Assembly (NCBI GenBank): GCA_944384535.1
Contig: CALWTS010000005.1
Coordinates: 9,870-73,869 of the forward strand
From: an uncultured Clostridia bacterium
GTDB taxonomy: Bacteria; Bacillota; Clostridia; Christensenellales; UBA1242
Length of the DNA stretch: 64,000 nucleotides
Reading direction: 5' to 3'
Shown: positions 1-9,503 of the stretch, piece by piece
How positions within the stretch are numbered: position 1 is the first letter of the stretch
Layout: each line of letters starts with the position of its first letter
Notes under the pieces: model-generated
Told to the model about the DNA's origin: nothing
Databases searched by the model: none
What the model saw: only the letters and a program-made list of their open reading frames with translations
Translations under genes and position numbers: made by a program

Positions 1-768
1 ATTAAGATTAAGATTTAATTTAGAATTAATAAAAGAATTATATTGTTCAAAAGAAATATGATTATCATTTAACATTTCTTTTAAAACCAAATTCCTTCTT
101 TTTAAACAATTTTCTTGGTTTTTAATAGGGGAATATTTTGCAGGAGATTTTATAATACCAGCTAAAACTGCAGATTCATCAATAGTAAGTTCACTAGCAG
201 GTTTTGAAAAATAGTATTTAGATGCACTTTCAATACCATAGCAATTGTTTCCAAAATAAATCACATTAAGGTACATTTCAAGTATTTCATCTTTTGTATA
301 CATTTTTTCTATTTTTTGAGCCAGTGCGATTTCTTTAATTTTTCTTTCGAAAGTTTTTTCACTAGTAAGTTGCGTGTTTTTGATTAATTGTTGTGTAATT
401 GTAGAAGCTCCTTCTTTAAGTTTTCCGCTTTTAATATTATTAATCATAGCCTTTAAAATTCTTTTATAATTTACTCCGTGGTGATTGTAAAAATTTTTAT
501 CCTCAATTGATATAAAAGCATTTTTTGTGTTTTCTTGTAAAGATGTAATTTTAGCATATTCCCTGTTTATTTCATTACTATCTTTTATTGGTTGATTTTC
601 AATATTAAAAATTTTTACTGAAAGAGAAGGTGATGTTAAAATATCTTGATCTATTTGTAAAGATTTTGCTTTTAAATATGTAGATGAAATATAAAAGCCA
701 AGTCCTATAAGAATAGCTAAGACAAAAATTGTTATAATTATCAAAAACCATTTAATAAACTTTTTCAT
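1..768 (-). CDS. Class A penicillin-binding protein, N-terminal membrane anchor plus GT51 transglycosylase region (gene continues beyond window start)
   Basis: Absent from the ORF track because it is open at the window edge. A reverse-strand ATG at 766-768 gives MKKFIKWFLIIITIFVLAILIGLGFY (TM anchor). GT51 motifs follow: EDKNFYNHHGV, GASTITQQLIKN, RKIKEIALAQKIEK. The frame stays open to base 1. Confidence 0.8.
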   Translation of the reverse strand, partial: MKKFIKWFLIIITIFVLAILIGLGFYISSTYLKAKSLQIDQDILTSPSLSVKIFNIENQPIKDSNEINREYAKITSLQENTKNAFISIEDKNFYNHHGVNYKRILKAMINNIKSGKLKEGASTITQQLIKNTQLTSEKTFERKIKEIALAQKIEKMYTKDEILEMYLNVIYFGNNCYGIESASKYYFSKPASELTIDESAVLAGIIKSPAKYSPIKNQENCLKRRNLVLKEMLNDNHISFEQYNSFINSKLNLNLN

Positions 769-897
769 TATTTGTTATTATGTTTAAAGTTTAATAAAAT
801 ATTTGTAGCTTTAGTAAAATATTTGAAAAATTAAAGTAATTATAGTATAATTAATGTGGTTATATTTAATTCAAGAAGAAATTAATTGGAGTTAAAG

Positions 898-2022
898 ATG
901 AAATATTTTATAGTAACTTATGGCTGTCAAATGAATGTACATGAATCAGAAAAAATAGCAGCTATTTTAGAAGATTTAGGTTATATAGAGGGAAAAACAA
1001 GAGAAGAAGCAGATATAATAGTGTTTAACACCTGTGCAATAAGAGAAGGGGCAGAAGATAGATTGCTTGGAAATGTTGGAAATTTAAAAAAGTTAAAAAA
1101 AAGAAATAAGAATTTGATTATAGCTGTTTGCGGATGTATGACACAAAAAGCACAGACAGCAAAAAAATTGATGGATACGTTTCCCTTTATTGACATTGTA
1201 TTAGGAACATTTAATTTACCTCAATTGGGTGAGTTTATTAAAAAAGTAAGAAATGGCAGGCAATTAGAAATATTACAAGAAGGTGACATTGATGAGTTTT
1301 TACCTTATAAAAGAACAAGCGGGGACAATGCTTGGGTAAATATTATGCAAGGATGTAACAATTTTTGTACATATTGTATTGTTCCTTATGTAAAAGGTAG
1401 AGAGAAATCTAGAAAAGAAGAGAATATTTTAAATGAAATAAAATCTATTATTGCAGAAAAAAAATATAAAAAAATAACATTGTTGGGGCAGAATGTAAAT
1501 TCGTATGGAAAAGATTTAGAACCTCCAGTTACTTTTTCAAAATTATTAAAAGATATTTGTGAATTAGATGGAGATTTCGTTTTATCGTTTATGACTTCAC
1601 ATCCAAAAGATTTGACAGACGATGTGATAGATATTATTGCTCAAGAAGATAAGATAGAAAAATATATTCATTTACCTGCTCAAAGCGGAAATGATAGAAT
1701 TTTACAATTAATGAATAGAAAATATACAAGGGAAAAATATTTATCCATTATAGAGAAAATCAGAGAAAAAATACCTAATTGTCGTATTACATCAGACTTT
1801 ATAGTTGGTTTTCCTTCAGAGACAGAGAATGAATTTCAAGATACGTATTCTTTAGTTGAGAAGGTAAGGTTTGACAGTATTTTTGCTTTCATGTATTCGC
1901 CAAGAGAAGGTACTGCAGCTAGTAAGATGGATGGGCAAATAAGTGAAGATGTAAAACATGAAAGAGTTAACAAACTTTTGCTATTAGAAAAAAGAATTCA
2001 AGAGGAGGATAATAAAAGATGA
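898..2022 (+). CDS. miaB: MiaB-type radical-SAM tRNA methylthiotransferase, apparently lacking the C-terminal TRAM domain
   Basis: The track ORF is 886..2022, but ATG 898 is preferred (GGAG at 888-891, 6-nt spacer). It has the UPF0004 cysteines (TYGCQMN, NTCAIRE, VCGCM) and the radical-SAM box CNNFCTYC. It lies upstream of mutS-mutL as in Clostridia and Bacilli. Confidence 0.8.
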   Translation: MKYFIVTYGCQMNVHESEKIAAILEDLGYIEGKTREEADIIVFNTCAIREGAEDRLLGNVGNLKKLKKRNKNLIIAVCGCMTQKAQTAKKLMDTFPFIDIVLGTFNLPQLGEFIKKVRNGRQLEILQEGDIDEFLPYKRTSGDNAWVNIMQGCNNFCTYCIVPYVKGREKSRKEENILNEIKSIIAEKKYKKITLLGQNVNSYGKDLEPPVTFSKLLKDICELDGDFVLSFMTSHPKDLTDDVIDIIAQEDKIEKYIHLPAQSGNDRILQLMNRKYTREKYLSIIEKIREKIPNCRITSDFIVGFPSETENEFQDTYSLVEKVRFDSIFAFMYSPREGTAASKMDGQISEDVKHERVNKLLLLEKRIQEEDNKR

Positions 2023-4619
2023 AAAACGAAATTTCTCCTGCGATGAAACAATATTTACTTATTAAAGAGAAATATAAAGATTGTATTTTAATGTATAGAA
2101 TGGGTGACTTTTATGAGATGTTTTTTGAAGATGCTGTTACTGCTTCGAAAGAATTGGATTTAATTTTAACAGGTAAGTTTTGTGGGTTAGAAGAAAAAGC
2201 TCCAATGTGCGGTGTTCCCCATCATGCTGTTCAAAATTATATTGCTAAGTTGATATCAGCTGGATATAAAGTTGCAATTTGCGAACAATTAAATCAGCCC
2301 GGCAAGGGAATTAAAATGTTAGATAGAGATGTTGTAAGAGTAATTACGCCAGGAACTTTGATTGATGATGAGATGCTTGAAGGACAAAGAAATAATTATC
2401 TACTATGTTTATACAAAGATAATGAAAAAATAGGTATAAGTTATGTAGATATTTCGACTGGAGAACTAGAGGTAATTGAAATCAACGAAAATTACACTCA
2501 GGAGGTTAGTGATATTATTGCAAGAATTATGCCTTCAGAGGTTATAGGAAACGAAGAAGCAGAATTATTTTTTAATAATTTACCAATCATAAAATTAGGT
2601 AATGCAAATAAATTAAAAAGTTATTATGAATGGGCTTTTACCAAAACCAGGGCTATAGATAATTTGCAAAAACAATTTGGCAGTAATTTTGAAACTGTTT
2701 ATGATATAAAAGGTAAACCTTCCATTATTTGTAGTTTAGGTGGGCTTTTAGAATATCTTTTAGAAACTCAAAAAAGATCTTTATCCAATATAAACAAGAT
2801 AAAATTAGTACGTAATAATAATTATATGACAATTGACCTAAATACTAGACGTAATTTAGAAATCGTAGATACAAATAGAGATAGAAAAAAATATGGGTCA
2901 ATATTGTGGGTACTGGATAAAACTAAAACAAGTATGGGTGCTAGATTTTTAAGAAAAATGATAGATGAGCCTTTACAAAATTCTAAAGACATAAATTTAA
3001 GATTAGATGCGGTTGAAGAATTTGTTAAAAAAATCATTTTAAGAGATAGGTTAGGTGAAATCTTAAATAATATTTTTGACATAGAACGTCTTTCTGGAAA
3101 AATTGCTTATGGAAATGTAACACCAAAAGATTTAATATCTTTAAAACTTTCTTTAAATCATATACCTGAAATAAAAAATGAATTAACGAATGTGAATTCA
3201 ATATTATTAAAAGAATGTAATGAAGATTTATTAGATGTTTCAGATATAACTTCTTTAATAGACAATGCAATAGATGAAGATGCACCAACTTTATTAAAAG
3301 ATGGTGGGTTTATTAAACGGGGTTTTAATAATGAATTGGATGAATATAGAGATGCTAGAAGGTTGGGACAAAAATGGATAGATGAATTACAGCAAAAAGA
3401 GATAGAGGAGACAGGAATAAAAAACTTAAAAATTGGATATAACAAAGTTTTTGGGTATTTTATCGAGGTTAATAAAAGTCAAATTGAAAGAGTTCCAATA
3501 AGGTATCAGAGAAAACAAACTGTAGCTAATAATGAAAGGTATATAACAGAGGATTTAAAAGTAATAGAAGATAAAGTATTAGGTGCTGAAGAAAAAGCAT
3601 TACAATTAGAAAATGAAATATTTTCTCAAATTAAAAATGTTTTAGTTAAGTATGTTCAATCTTTTCAAACAATTGCAAACGCTTTGGCAAGAATAGATGC
3701 TTTACTATCTTTGTCAGTGGTTGCGGTAAAAAATAATTATGTAAAACCAGTTATAAATAATAATATCAAACAGTTAAAAATAGTTGATGGTAGACATCCA
3801 GTAGTGGAACAATTTATGTCTAGTGGAGAATTTGTTACAAATGATACATTGTTAGATGAAAAAGATAATAAAATTATGATAATAACTGGTCCTAATATGG
3901 CTGGAAAAAGTACTTACATGAGACAAGTTGCAATTATAACTTTAATGTCTCATATAGGAAGCTTTGTACCAGCGAAAGAAGCATATATTCCAATTACAGA
4001 TAGAATATTTACAAGGGTAGGTGCCAGTGATGATTTAGCTTTTGGACAGAGTACCTTCATGGTTGAGATGAGTGAAGTTGCACAAATTTTAGCAAATGCA
4101 ACAGATAAGAGTTTAATTGTGCTTGATGAGATTGGAAGAGGAACGTCAACTTTTGACGGATTAAGTATTGCATGGGCAGTGGTAGAATATTTAGCCAATA
4201 ATTTTAAAGCTAAAACTTTGTTTGCTACACATTATCACGAATTGACTGAGTTAGAAGGAGTTTTAAATGGTGTTAAGAATTATAAAATTTCTGTAAAAGA
4301 AATAGATGATAATGTTGTGTTTTTAAGAAAAATAGTTAGGGGTGGTGCAAATAAGAGTTTTGGAATTGAAGTTGCAAGATTGGCAGGTGTTCCAAACGAT
4401 GTTTTAAATAGAGCTAAAGAGATTTCAAAAAATTTAGAAAAAGTAAATCAAAAATTGGATTTAGATATTTTTAAAGAAAATAAACCAAGAGCAGAAGAAA
4501 ATACTAAATTAGCTATGTCAATCTTATCTAGTTTAAAAGATATAGATATGAATAGAATTTCACCTATGCATGCTTTTGATTTATTAAATGATTTTGTTAG
4601 TAAAGCAAAGGAGGAATAA
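2019..4619 (+). CDS. mutS: DNA mismatch repair protein MutS
   Basis: 866 aa. N-terminal PAMKQY...GDFYEMFFEDA mismatch-binding domain, Walker A GPNMAGKST, and DEIGRGTST. The start overlaps the miaB stop (ATGA). Confidence 0.95.
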   Translation: MKNEISPAMKQYLLIKEKYKDCILMYRMGDFYEMFFEDAVTASKELDLILTGKFCGLEEKAPMCGVPHHAVQNYIAKLISAGYKVAICEQLNQPGKGIKMLDRDVVRVITPGTLIDDEMLEGQRNNYLLCLYKDNEKIGISYVDISTGELEVIEINENYTQEVSDIIARIMPSEVIGNEEAELFFNNLPIIKLGNANKLKSYYEWAFTKTRAIDNLQKQFGSNFETVYDIKGKPSIICSLGGLLEYLLETQKRSLSNINKIKLVRNNNYMTIDLNTRRNLEIVDTNRDRKKYGSILWVLDKTKTSMGARFLRKMIDEPLQNSKDINLRLDAVEEFVKKIILRDRLGEILNNIFDIERLSGKIAYGNVTPKDLISLKLSLNHIPEIKNELTNVNSILLKECNEDLLDVSDITSLIDNAIDEDAPTLLKDGGFIKRGFNNELDEYRDARRLGQKWIDELQQKEIEETGIKNLKIGYNKVFGYFIEVNKSQIERVPIRYQRKQTVANNERYITEDLKVIEDKVLGAEEKALQLENEIFSQIKNVLVKYVQSFQTIANALARIDALLSLSVVAVKNNYVKPVINNNIKQLKIVDGRHPVVEQFMSSGEFVTNDTLLDEKDNKIMIITGPNMAGKSTYMRQVAIITLMSHIGSFVPAKEAYIPITDRIFTRVGASDDLAFGQSTFMVEMSEVAQILANATDKSLIVLDEIGRGTSTFDGLSIAWAVVEYLANNFKAKTLFATHYHELTELEGVLNGVKNYKISVKEIDDNVVFLRKIVRGGANKSFGIEVARLAGVPNDVLNRAKEISKNLEKVNQKLDLDIFKENKPRAEENTKLAMSILSSLKDIDMNRISPMHAFDLLNDFVSKAKEE

Positions 4620-4620
4620 A

Positions 4621-6555
4621 ATGAAAATTAATGTTCTTGATGCCAAAGTGTTCAATAGAATATCAGCAGGAGAGGTAGTTGAAAGACCAGCATCAATTGT
4701 AAAAGAACTTGTTGAAAACAGTTTAGATGCTGGAGCAAAAAATATTAGAATAGAGATTGAAGAAGGTGGAATTAAGAATATAACTGTTTCAGATGATGGA
4801 TGCGGTATAGAAAAAGATGATTTAACTATCGCATTTTTACCTCACGCTACAAGTAAAATAAAAGATGTTGAAGATTTAGATAATATAAAAAGTTTAGGTT
4901 TTAGGGGAGAAGCTCTTGCAAGTATAGCATCAGTTTGTCAAGTGAAATTATCATCAAAGACAAGTGATTCACAATTAGGGTATTCCATTAAAGTGAATGG
5001 TGGAATTTTTGATCAGGTCGTTGAAGTTGCCAAAAGTAACGGAACAACAATTTCATGTTCAAATATATTTTTTAATACACCTGTTAGGGCAAAATTTTTA
5101 AGAAAACCAAAAACTGAAGAATCGGAAATTACACATTTGGTTGAAAAATTTATGTTGTCAAATGCTAATGTTAGTTTTCAATATTATATTGATGGTAAAC
5201 AAGTATATAATACAACTTCATGTAGTATGCGTGACATAATATATACTATATATGGGAAGGAAGTTTATGATAATTTAATAGAAGTTAATTATGATGAAAA
5301 TGGATTTAATGTTTTTGGTTATATAACGAAACCTTCTATTTCAAAAAGTAATAGGACATATCAAACGCTTTTTGTCAATGGAAGGAATGTTGAAAATTTT
5401 TTAATATCAAATGCTGTGCAAGGTGTTTATGAATCATTTTTAATGAAAGGAAAATTTCCTGTGTATGTTTTATCTATAACACTACCATATGATTGCGTAG
5501 ATGTGAATGTTCATCCTTCAAAGAAAGAAGTAAAGTTTGATAATCCAAACAAAATATTTAGTATTATAAGAAGGTCTATAGAAAAAGCTTTGTTGTCAGT
5601 TGACCAAATTCAAAATTTTAATGTATATGATACTACTAAAGAGATTTTGGAAAATGAGGTAAATAATTCTTTTCAAAGAGATTCAAAAATTGAAACTAAC
5701 AACAATAGAAGTAATAGTCAAAAATTTTTAGGAGGAAAAAGTTTTAATCTAGATTTTTTTGATAAAAATGAACAAATAATTAACCCTAAAGAATTTGAGA
5801 TTGAAATTAATAAAGATTCTCAGAAAGATAAGAATTTTGACAAAGATGTTGATCTTTTAAAAAACATTTCAATAAAAGATAAATATGACTTAAAACAAGA
5901 TGAAACTAAATTTTTTTTCGACCAGTCTAATGAAAAATTTATAAATGAAATTAAAAATTCAAATAAATCTTTTCTAGAAGCATCAATAAAAGATGAAATG
6001 AAAATTTTTGGTACACTCTTCAATACTTATATTATTATTGAATTTTCAGATGCTGTATATTTTATTGACCAGCATGCCGCTCATGAACGATTATTGTATG
6101 ATAAGTTAAGAGGAGTTGTTGATAATAAAAATATTGTTAAACAAGATTTTTTAACTCCATATTCTTTTAAAGTGGGTGCAAAAGAATCTCAAATAATAGA
6201 TGATTTACTTGAAAATCTTAGAGAAATTGGATTCGAAATTGAAAAAGATGGTTATGAATATGTTGTAAAAAGTGTTCCTTACATTTTATCATATATAGAA
6301 CTTGATAAGTTTGTTGATGAGGTTTTAAAAGAGGGAAATAATTGGGATAAGAAAAATAGTGATTTTATTCATGATAAATTGTGTCAAACTGCTTGTAAAC
6401 ATGCCATTAAAGCGGGGGATATTATTTCAAAAGAAGAATGTGCTTTCCTTATAGATAATGTTAGGAAAGGCGTGATGTTATGTCCTCATGGACGTCCAAT
6501 TGTTCTTGTAATCACTAAACATGAATTTGAAAAAATGTTTAAAAGGATTGTATAA
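4621..6555 (+). CDS. mutL: DNA mismatch repair endonuclease MutL
   Basis: ATG 4621 follows GGAGGA (4611-4616); the track start at 4588 overlaps mutS and has no RBS. GHKL motifs ERPASIVKELVENSLDAG and DDGCGI, endonuclease motif DQHAAHERLLYD, C-terminal CPHGRP. Confidence 0.95.
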   Translation: MKINVLDAKVFNRISAGEVVERPASIVKELVENSLDAGAKNIRIEIEEGGIKNITVSDDGCGIEKDDLTIAFLPHATSKIKDVEDLDNIKSLGFRGEALASIASVCQVKLSSKTSDSQLGYSIKVNGGIFDQVVEVAKSNGTTISCSNIFFNTPVRAKFLRKPKTEESEITHLVEKFMLSNANVSFQYYIDGKQVYNTTSCSMRDIIYTIYGKEVYDNLIEVNYDENGFNVFGYITKPSISKSNRTYQTLFVNGRNVENFLISNAVQGVYESFLMKGKFPVYVLSITLPYDCVDVNVHPSKKEVKFDNPNKIFSIIRRSIEKALLSVDQIQNFNVYDTTKEILENEVNNSFQRDSKIETNNNRSNSQKFLGGKSFNLDFFDKNEQIINPKEFEIEINKDSQKDKNFDKDVDLLKNISIKDKYDLKQDETKFFFDQSNEKFINEIKNSNKSFLEASIKDEMKIFGTLFNTYIIIEFSDAVYFIDQHAAHERLLYDKLRGVVDNKNIVKQDFLTPYSFKVGAKESQIIDDLLENLREIGFEIEKDGYEYVVKSVPYILSYIELDKFVDEVLKEGNNWDKKNSDFIHDKLCQTACKHAIKAGDIISKEECAFLIDNVRKGVMLCPHGRPIVLVITKHEFEKMFKRIV

Positions 6556-6557
6556 AA

Positions 6558-7511
6558 ATGGAAATTCAATCTAATAAAACAAATAGTATAGATAAAAATT
6601 TAAATGATAAAAAAACAAAAGTTGTTTTCATTTTAGGACCTACAGGAGTTGGGAAAACTGCTACTTCTATTAAGCTTGCTAAATGTTTTAATGGAGAGAT
6701 AATTTCTGCTGACTCGGTACAAGTTTATAAAGGATTTGATATTGGTTCTGCAAAAATTTCTAAGGAAGAAATGGAAAGTATTACTCATTATGGAATAGAT
6801 ATCATCAATCCACAACAAGAATTTTCGGTTTTTGATTTTATTAAATATACTGAAGAGAAGATTATTGAAATTAGTAAAAAATCTAAATTACCTATTATTG
6901 TTGGTGGAACAGGTTTATATGTTAAAGCTTTAATTGAAAATTACAATTTAGGTGGTGCTGGAAAAGATGTTAATTTGAGAAATAGGTTGGAAAAGGAAAT
7001 TGAAGAAAAAGGTCTTGAATTTGTTTATAAGAATTTACAAAATTTATATCCCGATTTTGCAAACAAAATTGATGGAAGAAATAAAATTAGAGTTATAAGA
7101 GCATTTGAAATTGCAGAACAGGGAAATTTTCAACTGAAAAATAGAGGTAAATATGACTATAAAGTTTTTGCTTTAAATATAGATAGATGTGAGTTGTATA
7201 ATAGAATTAATAAACGTGTCGATTTTATGATTGAAAATGGGCTTGTAAAAGAAGTTGAAACTTTATTTTCAAAATATCAATTTTGTCAACCCATGCGTGC
7301 TATAGGGTATAAGGAAGTTGTTTCTTTTTTAAATAATGAAATTTCTTATAGTCAAATGGTTGATCTTATAAAACAACATTCAAGAAATTATGCGAAGAGG
7401 CAATTGACATTTTTAAAAAGCATGCCTTATGTTAAATTTGTTGATATGGAAGATCCAAATGAAGCTATAAAAAAGATAAAAGAGGAGATAGCAAAATGGT
7501 TGGTAATGTAA
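6558..7511 (+). CDS. miaA: tRNA dimethylallyltransferase MiaA
   Basis: 317 aa. P-loop GPTGVGKT, SADSVQVYKGFDIGSAK, and the conserved position after mutL. Confidence 0.9.
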   Translation: MEIQSNKTNSIDKNLNDKKTKVVFILGPTGVGKTATSIKLAKCFNGEIISADSVQVYKGFDIGSAKISKEEMESITHYGIDIINPQQEFSVFDFIKYTEEKIIEISKKSKLPIIVGGTGLYVKALIENYNLGGAGKDVNLRNRLEKEIEEKGLEFVYKNLQNLYPDFANKIDGRNKIRVIRAFEIAEQGNFQLKNRGKYDYKVFALNIDRCELYNRINKRVDFMIENGLVKEVETLFSKYQFCQPMRAIGYKEVVSFLNNEISYSQMVDLIKQHSRNYAKRQLTFLKSMPYVKFVDMEDPNEAIKKIKEEIAKWLVM

Positions 7512-8719
7512 AAGATATTTTAAAAAAAACTGAAGATGAAATAAAATATAAATTTGATGAAATTGATGAAATAGCTTTTAAAAATCAAAAAAAAGTTTTA
7601 GATGCTTTTATTGAGTTAAAAATATCAGATCAATGCTTTAAAGGAACTACGGGATATGGATATGATGATGTTGGAAGAGATAATTTAGCAAAACTTTATG
7701 CTAAAGTTTTCAATAGTGAAAAAGCAATAGTATCACCATTACTTTTTTGTGGAACACATGCAATTACGACAGTTTTGTACGGTTTGTTAAGAAGAGGAGA
7801 TATTCTTTTATCTGTGACAGGTCTTCCCTATGATACAATACATGAAACTTTATTTGGTAAGAATAATAATTCTCTTGAAGAACTTGGAGTGACATATAAG
7901 CAAATAGATTTAGATGAAAATAGTGATTTTCGGTATAAAGATATCTATGAAGAAGTTGCTAAAAGCAAACCAAAAGTTGTTTATTTGCAGCGTTCTAGGG
8001 GATATAGTACTCGTAAGGCAATTTCACCATATTTAATGAAAGGGTTATTTGAAAAAATTAAAGAAATTTCACCAGATACTTATATAGTTGTAGATAATTG
8101 TTATGGAGAGTTTGTTGATGACATAGAACCTACAGATGTCGGAGCTGATGTTATTATGGGGTCTTTGATTAAAAATCCTGGCGGTGGTTTAGCACCAACA
8201 GGAGGTTATATAGTTGGTAAAGACAAAGCTATAGATTTAATCTCCACGCGATATACCAATCCATCATTAAAGTTAGAACTTGGATCATATGAGTTGGGGT
8301 ACAGGCTTTATTATCAAGGTTTCTTTTTAGCACCTCATGTAGTTGCACAATCACTTAAAGGTTGCTTACTTGTAGGTAAAATTATGGAGAATAAAGGTTA
8401 TAAGGTCATTCCTGCAAATGAAGAAAAGGCACAAGATATTATTAAATCTGTAGTTTTTAATACAGAAGAAGAATTAATCAAGTTTGTACAAACTGTTCAA
8501 ACGATTTCTCCTGTTGATGGATATGTTGTTCCAATGCCATGGGATATGCCGGGGTATAATAATAAGGTTATTATGGCTGCGGGAACATTTGTTGGAGGTG
8601 CATCTATAGAATTATCGTGTGATAGTCCAATTAGACAACCTTATATTGCATATTTTCAAGGTGGGTTAACCTATGAACATATTAAGGCTTTTGCGGAGAA
8701 GTTAATAGAGTTGTATTAA
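7496..8719 (+). CDS. ynbB: YnbB / aluminium-resistance family PLP-dependent (Cys/Met-metabolism fold) protein
   Basis: Long stretches resemble B. subtilis YnbB as I recall it: TGYGYDDVGRD, VDNCYGEFV, GSLIKNPGGGLAPTGGYIVGK, YQGFFLAPHV, IMAAGTFVGGASIELS, YFQGGLTYEH. It overlaps the miaA end by 16 nt. Confidence 0.85.
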   Translation: MVGNVKDILKKTEDEIKYKFDEIDEIAFKNQKKVLDAFIELKISDQCFKGTTGYGYDDVGRDNLAKLYAKVFNSEKAIVSPLLFCGTHAITTVLYGLLRRGDILLSVTGLPYDTIHETLFGKNNNSLEELGVTYKQIDLDENSDFRYKDIYEEVAKSKPKVVYLQRSRGYSTRKAISPYLMKGLFEKIKEISPDTYIVVDNCYGEFVDDIEPTDVGADVIMGSLIKNPGGGLAPTGGYIVGKDKAIDLISTRYTNPSLKLELGSYELGYRLYYQGFFLAPHVVAQSLKGCLLVGKIMENKGYKVIPANEEKAQDIIKSVVFNTEEELIKFVQTVQTISPVDGYVVPMPWDMPGYNNKVIMAAGTFVGGASIELSCDSPIRQPYIAYFQGGLTYEHIKAFAEKLIELY

Positions 8720-8740
8720 ACAGGATTGTATAAAAAATAA

Positions 8741-8777
8741 AAAGAATAAGTTATGTAACAACTAACTTATTTTTTTT
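8741..8777 (+). terminator. Rho-independent terminator after ynbB
   Basis: Stem ATAAGTTA (8746-8753) / TAACTTAT (8763-8770) followed by a T-run at 8771-8777. Confidence 0.6.
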
Positions 8778-8819
8778 ATATAAAGTTCTTTTTTTTATGA
8801 AGATTTCATACAATGAAAT

Positions 8820-9434
8820 ATGACAAATAAAAACAAAAATCGCATCTTTAAAGATGTAAAAAATTTTATTTTTGATACAATTAAAATAAATAAAATTTTG
8901 TTATTAATTATATGTATCTTGTCCTTTATTATTTTTTTGACAGGAATAATTGTTGCAATAAAAACCAATTCGAATGTTATTAATAATGATTCTTGGGGAA
9001 TTGTAGATATTGCGACAGGCAAGTTAACTATATCATTCTTTTCTAGATTGTTATCTATGATTTTTGTAATGATAATTTTATTTTTATGTTCTTTCAATAA
9101 GTACTTGCTTCCGATAGCGGTTTTGTTTATCTTTTATAGAAGTTATTTATTAGGATTAAATATATGTTTAATAATTATTAATTATGGTTTTACTGGTGCA
9201 ATTATTTCTGTTATTATAGCTTTTCCTTGTCAATTATTTATACTTTGTTCTTTAATTTTATTTTACGTAATGATGTTAAAAATTAATAGGGATTTAAAGA
9301 GTTGGGGAGGTTGTTATACAACATATCCAAGATTAAAGGTTTTATTATTTTCTCTTTTATTTCTTTTTATCTTGTGCATAATTGAAACATTATTATTAGT
9401 TTTATTTAGTGCAGATGTCATATTGGTTATTTAA
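8820..9434 (+). CDS. Polytopic membrane protein, possibly SpoIIM-like
   Basis: 204 aa with a short basic N-terminus and about 5 hydrophobic segments. The segment FYRSYLLGLNICLIIINYGFTGAIISVIIAFPCQLFIL resembles the SpoIIM core pattern (RGFxxG...G..G...LLP..L). The call rests on layout and a sporulation-type neighbourhood only. Confidence 0.35.
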   Translation: MTNKNKNRIFKDVKNFIFDTIKINKILLLIICILSFIIFLTGIIVAIKTNSNVINNDSWGIVDIATGKLTISFFSRLLSMIFVMIILFLCSFNKYLLPIAVLFIFYRSYLLGLNICLIIINYGFTGAIISVIIAFPCQLFILCSLILFYVMMLKINRDLKSWGGCYTTYPRLKVLLFSLLFLFILCIIETLLLVLFSADVILVI

Positions 9435-9503
9435 GTTTATGAATATATTTTTTTGTATAAATTTATTTCTTTTGATAAAACTAAAATAAAAAAAGGAGTT
9501 TAT

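Noticed and set aside
4588-4620. N-terminal extension of mutL
   Set aside because: It overlaps the mutS 3' end. ATG 4621 directly follows GGAGGA and gives the canonical MutL N-terminus.
9453-9503. N-terminal extension of the DD-carboxypeptidase
   Set aside because: No RBS. ATG 9504 follows AGGAG and begins a normal signal peptide (MKKFITISIML...).
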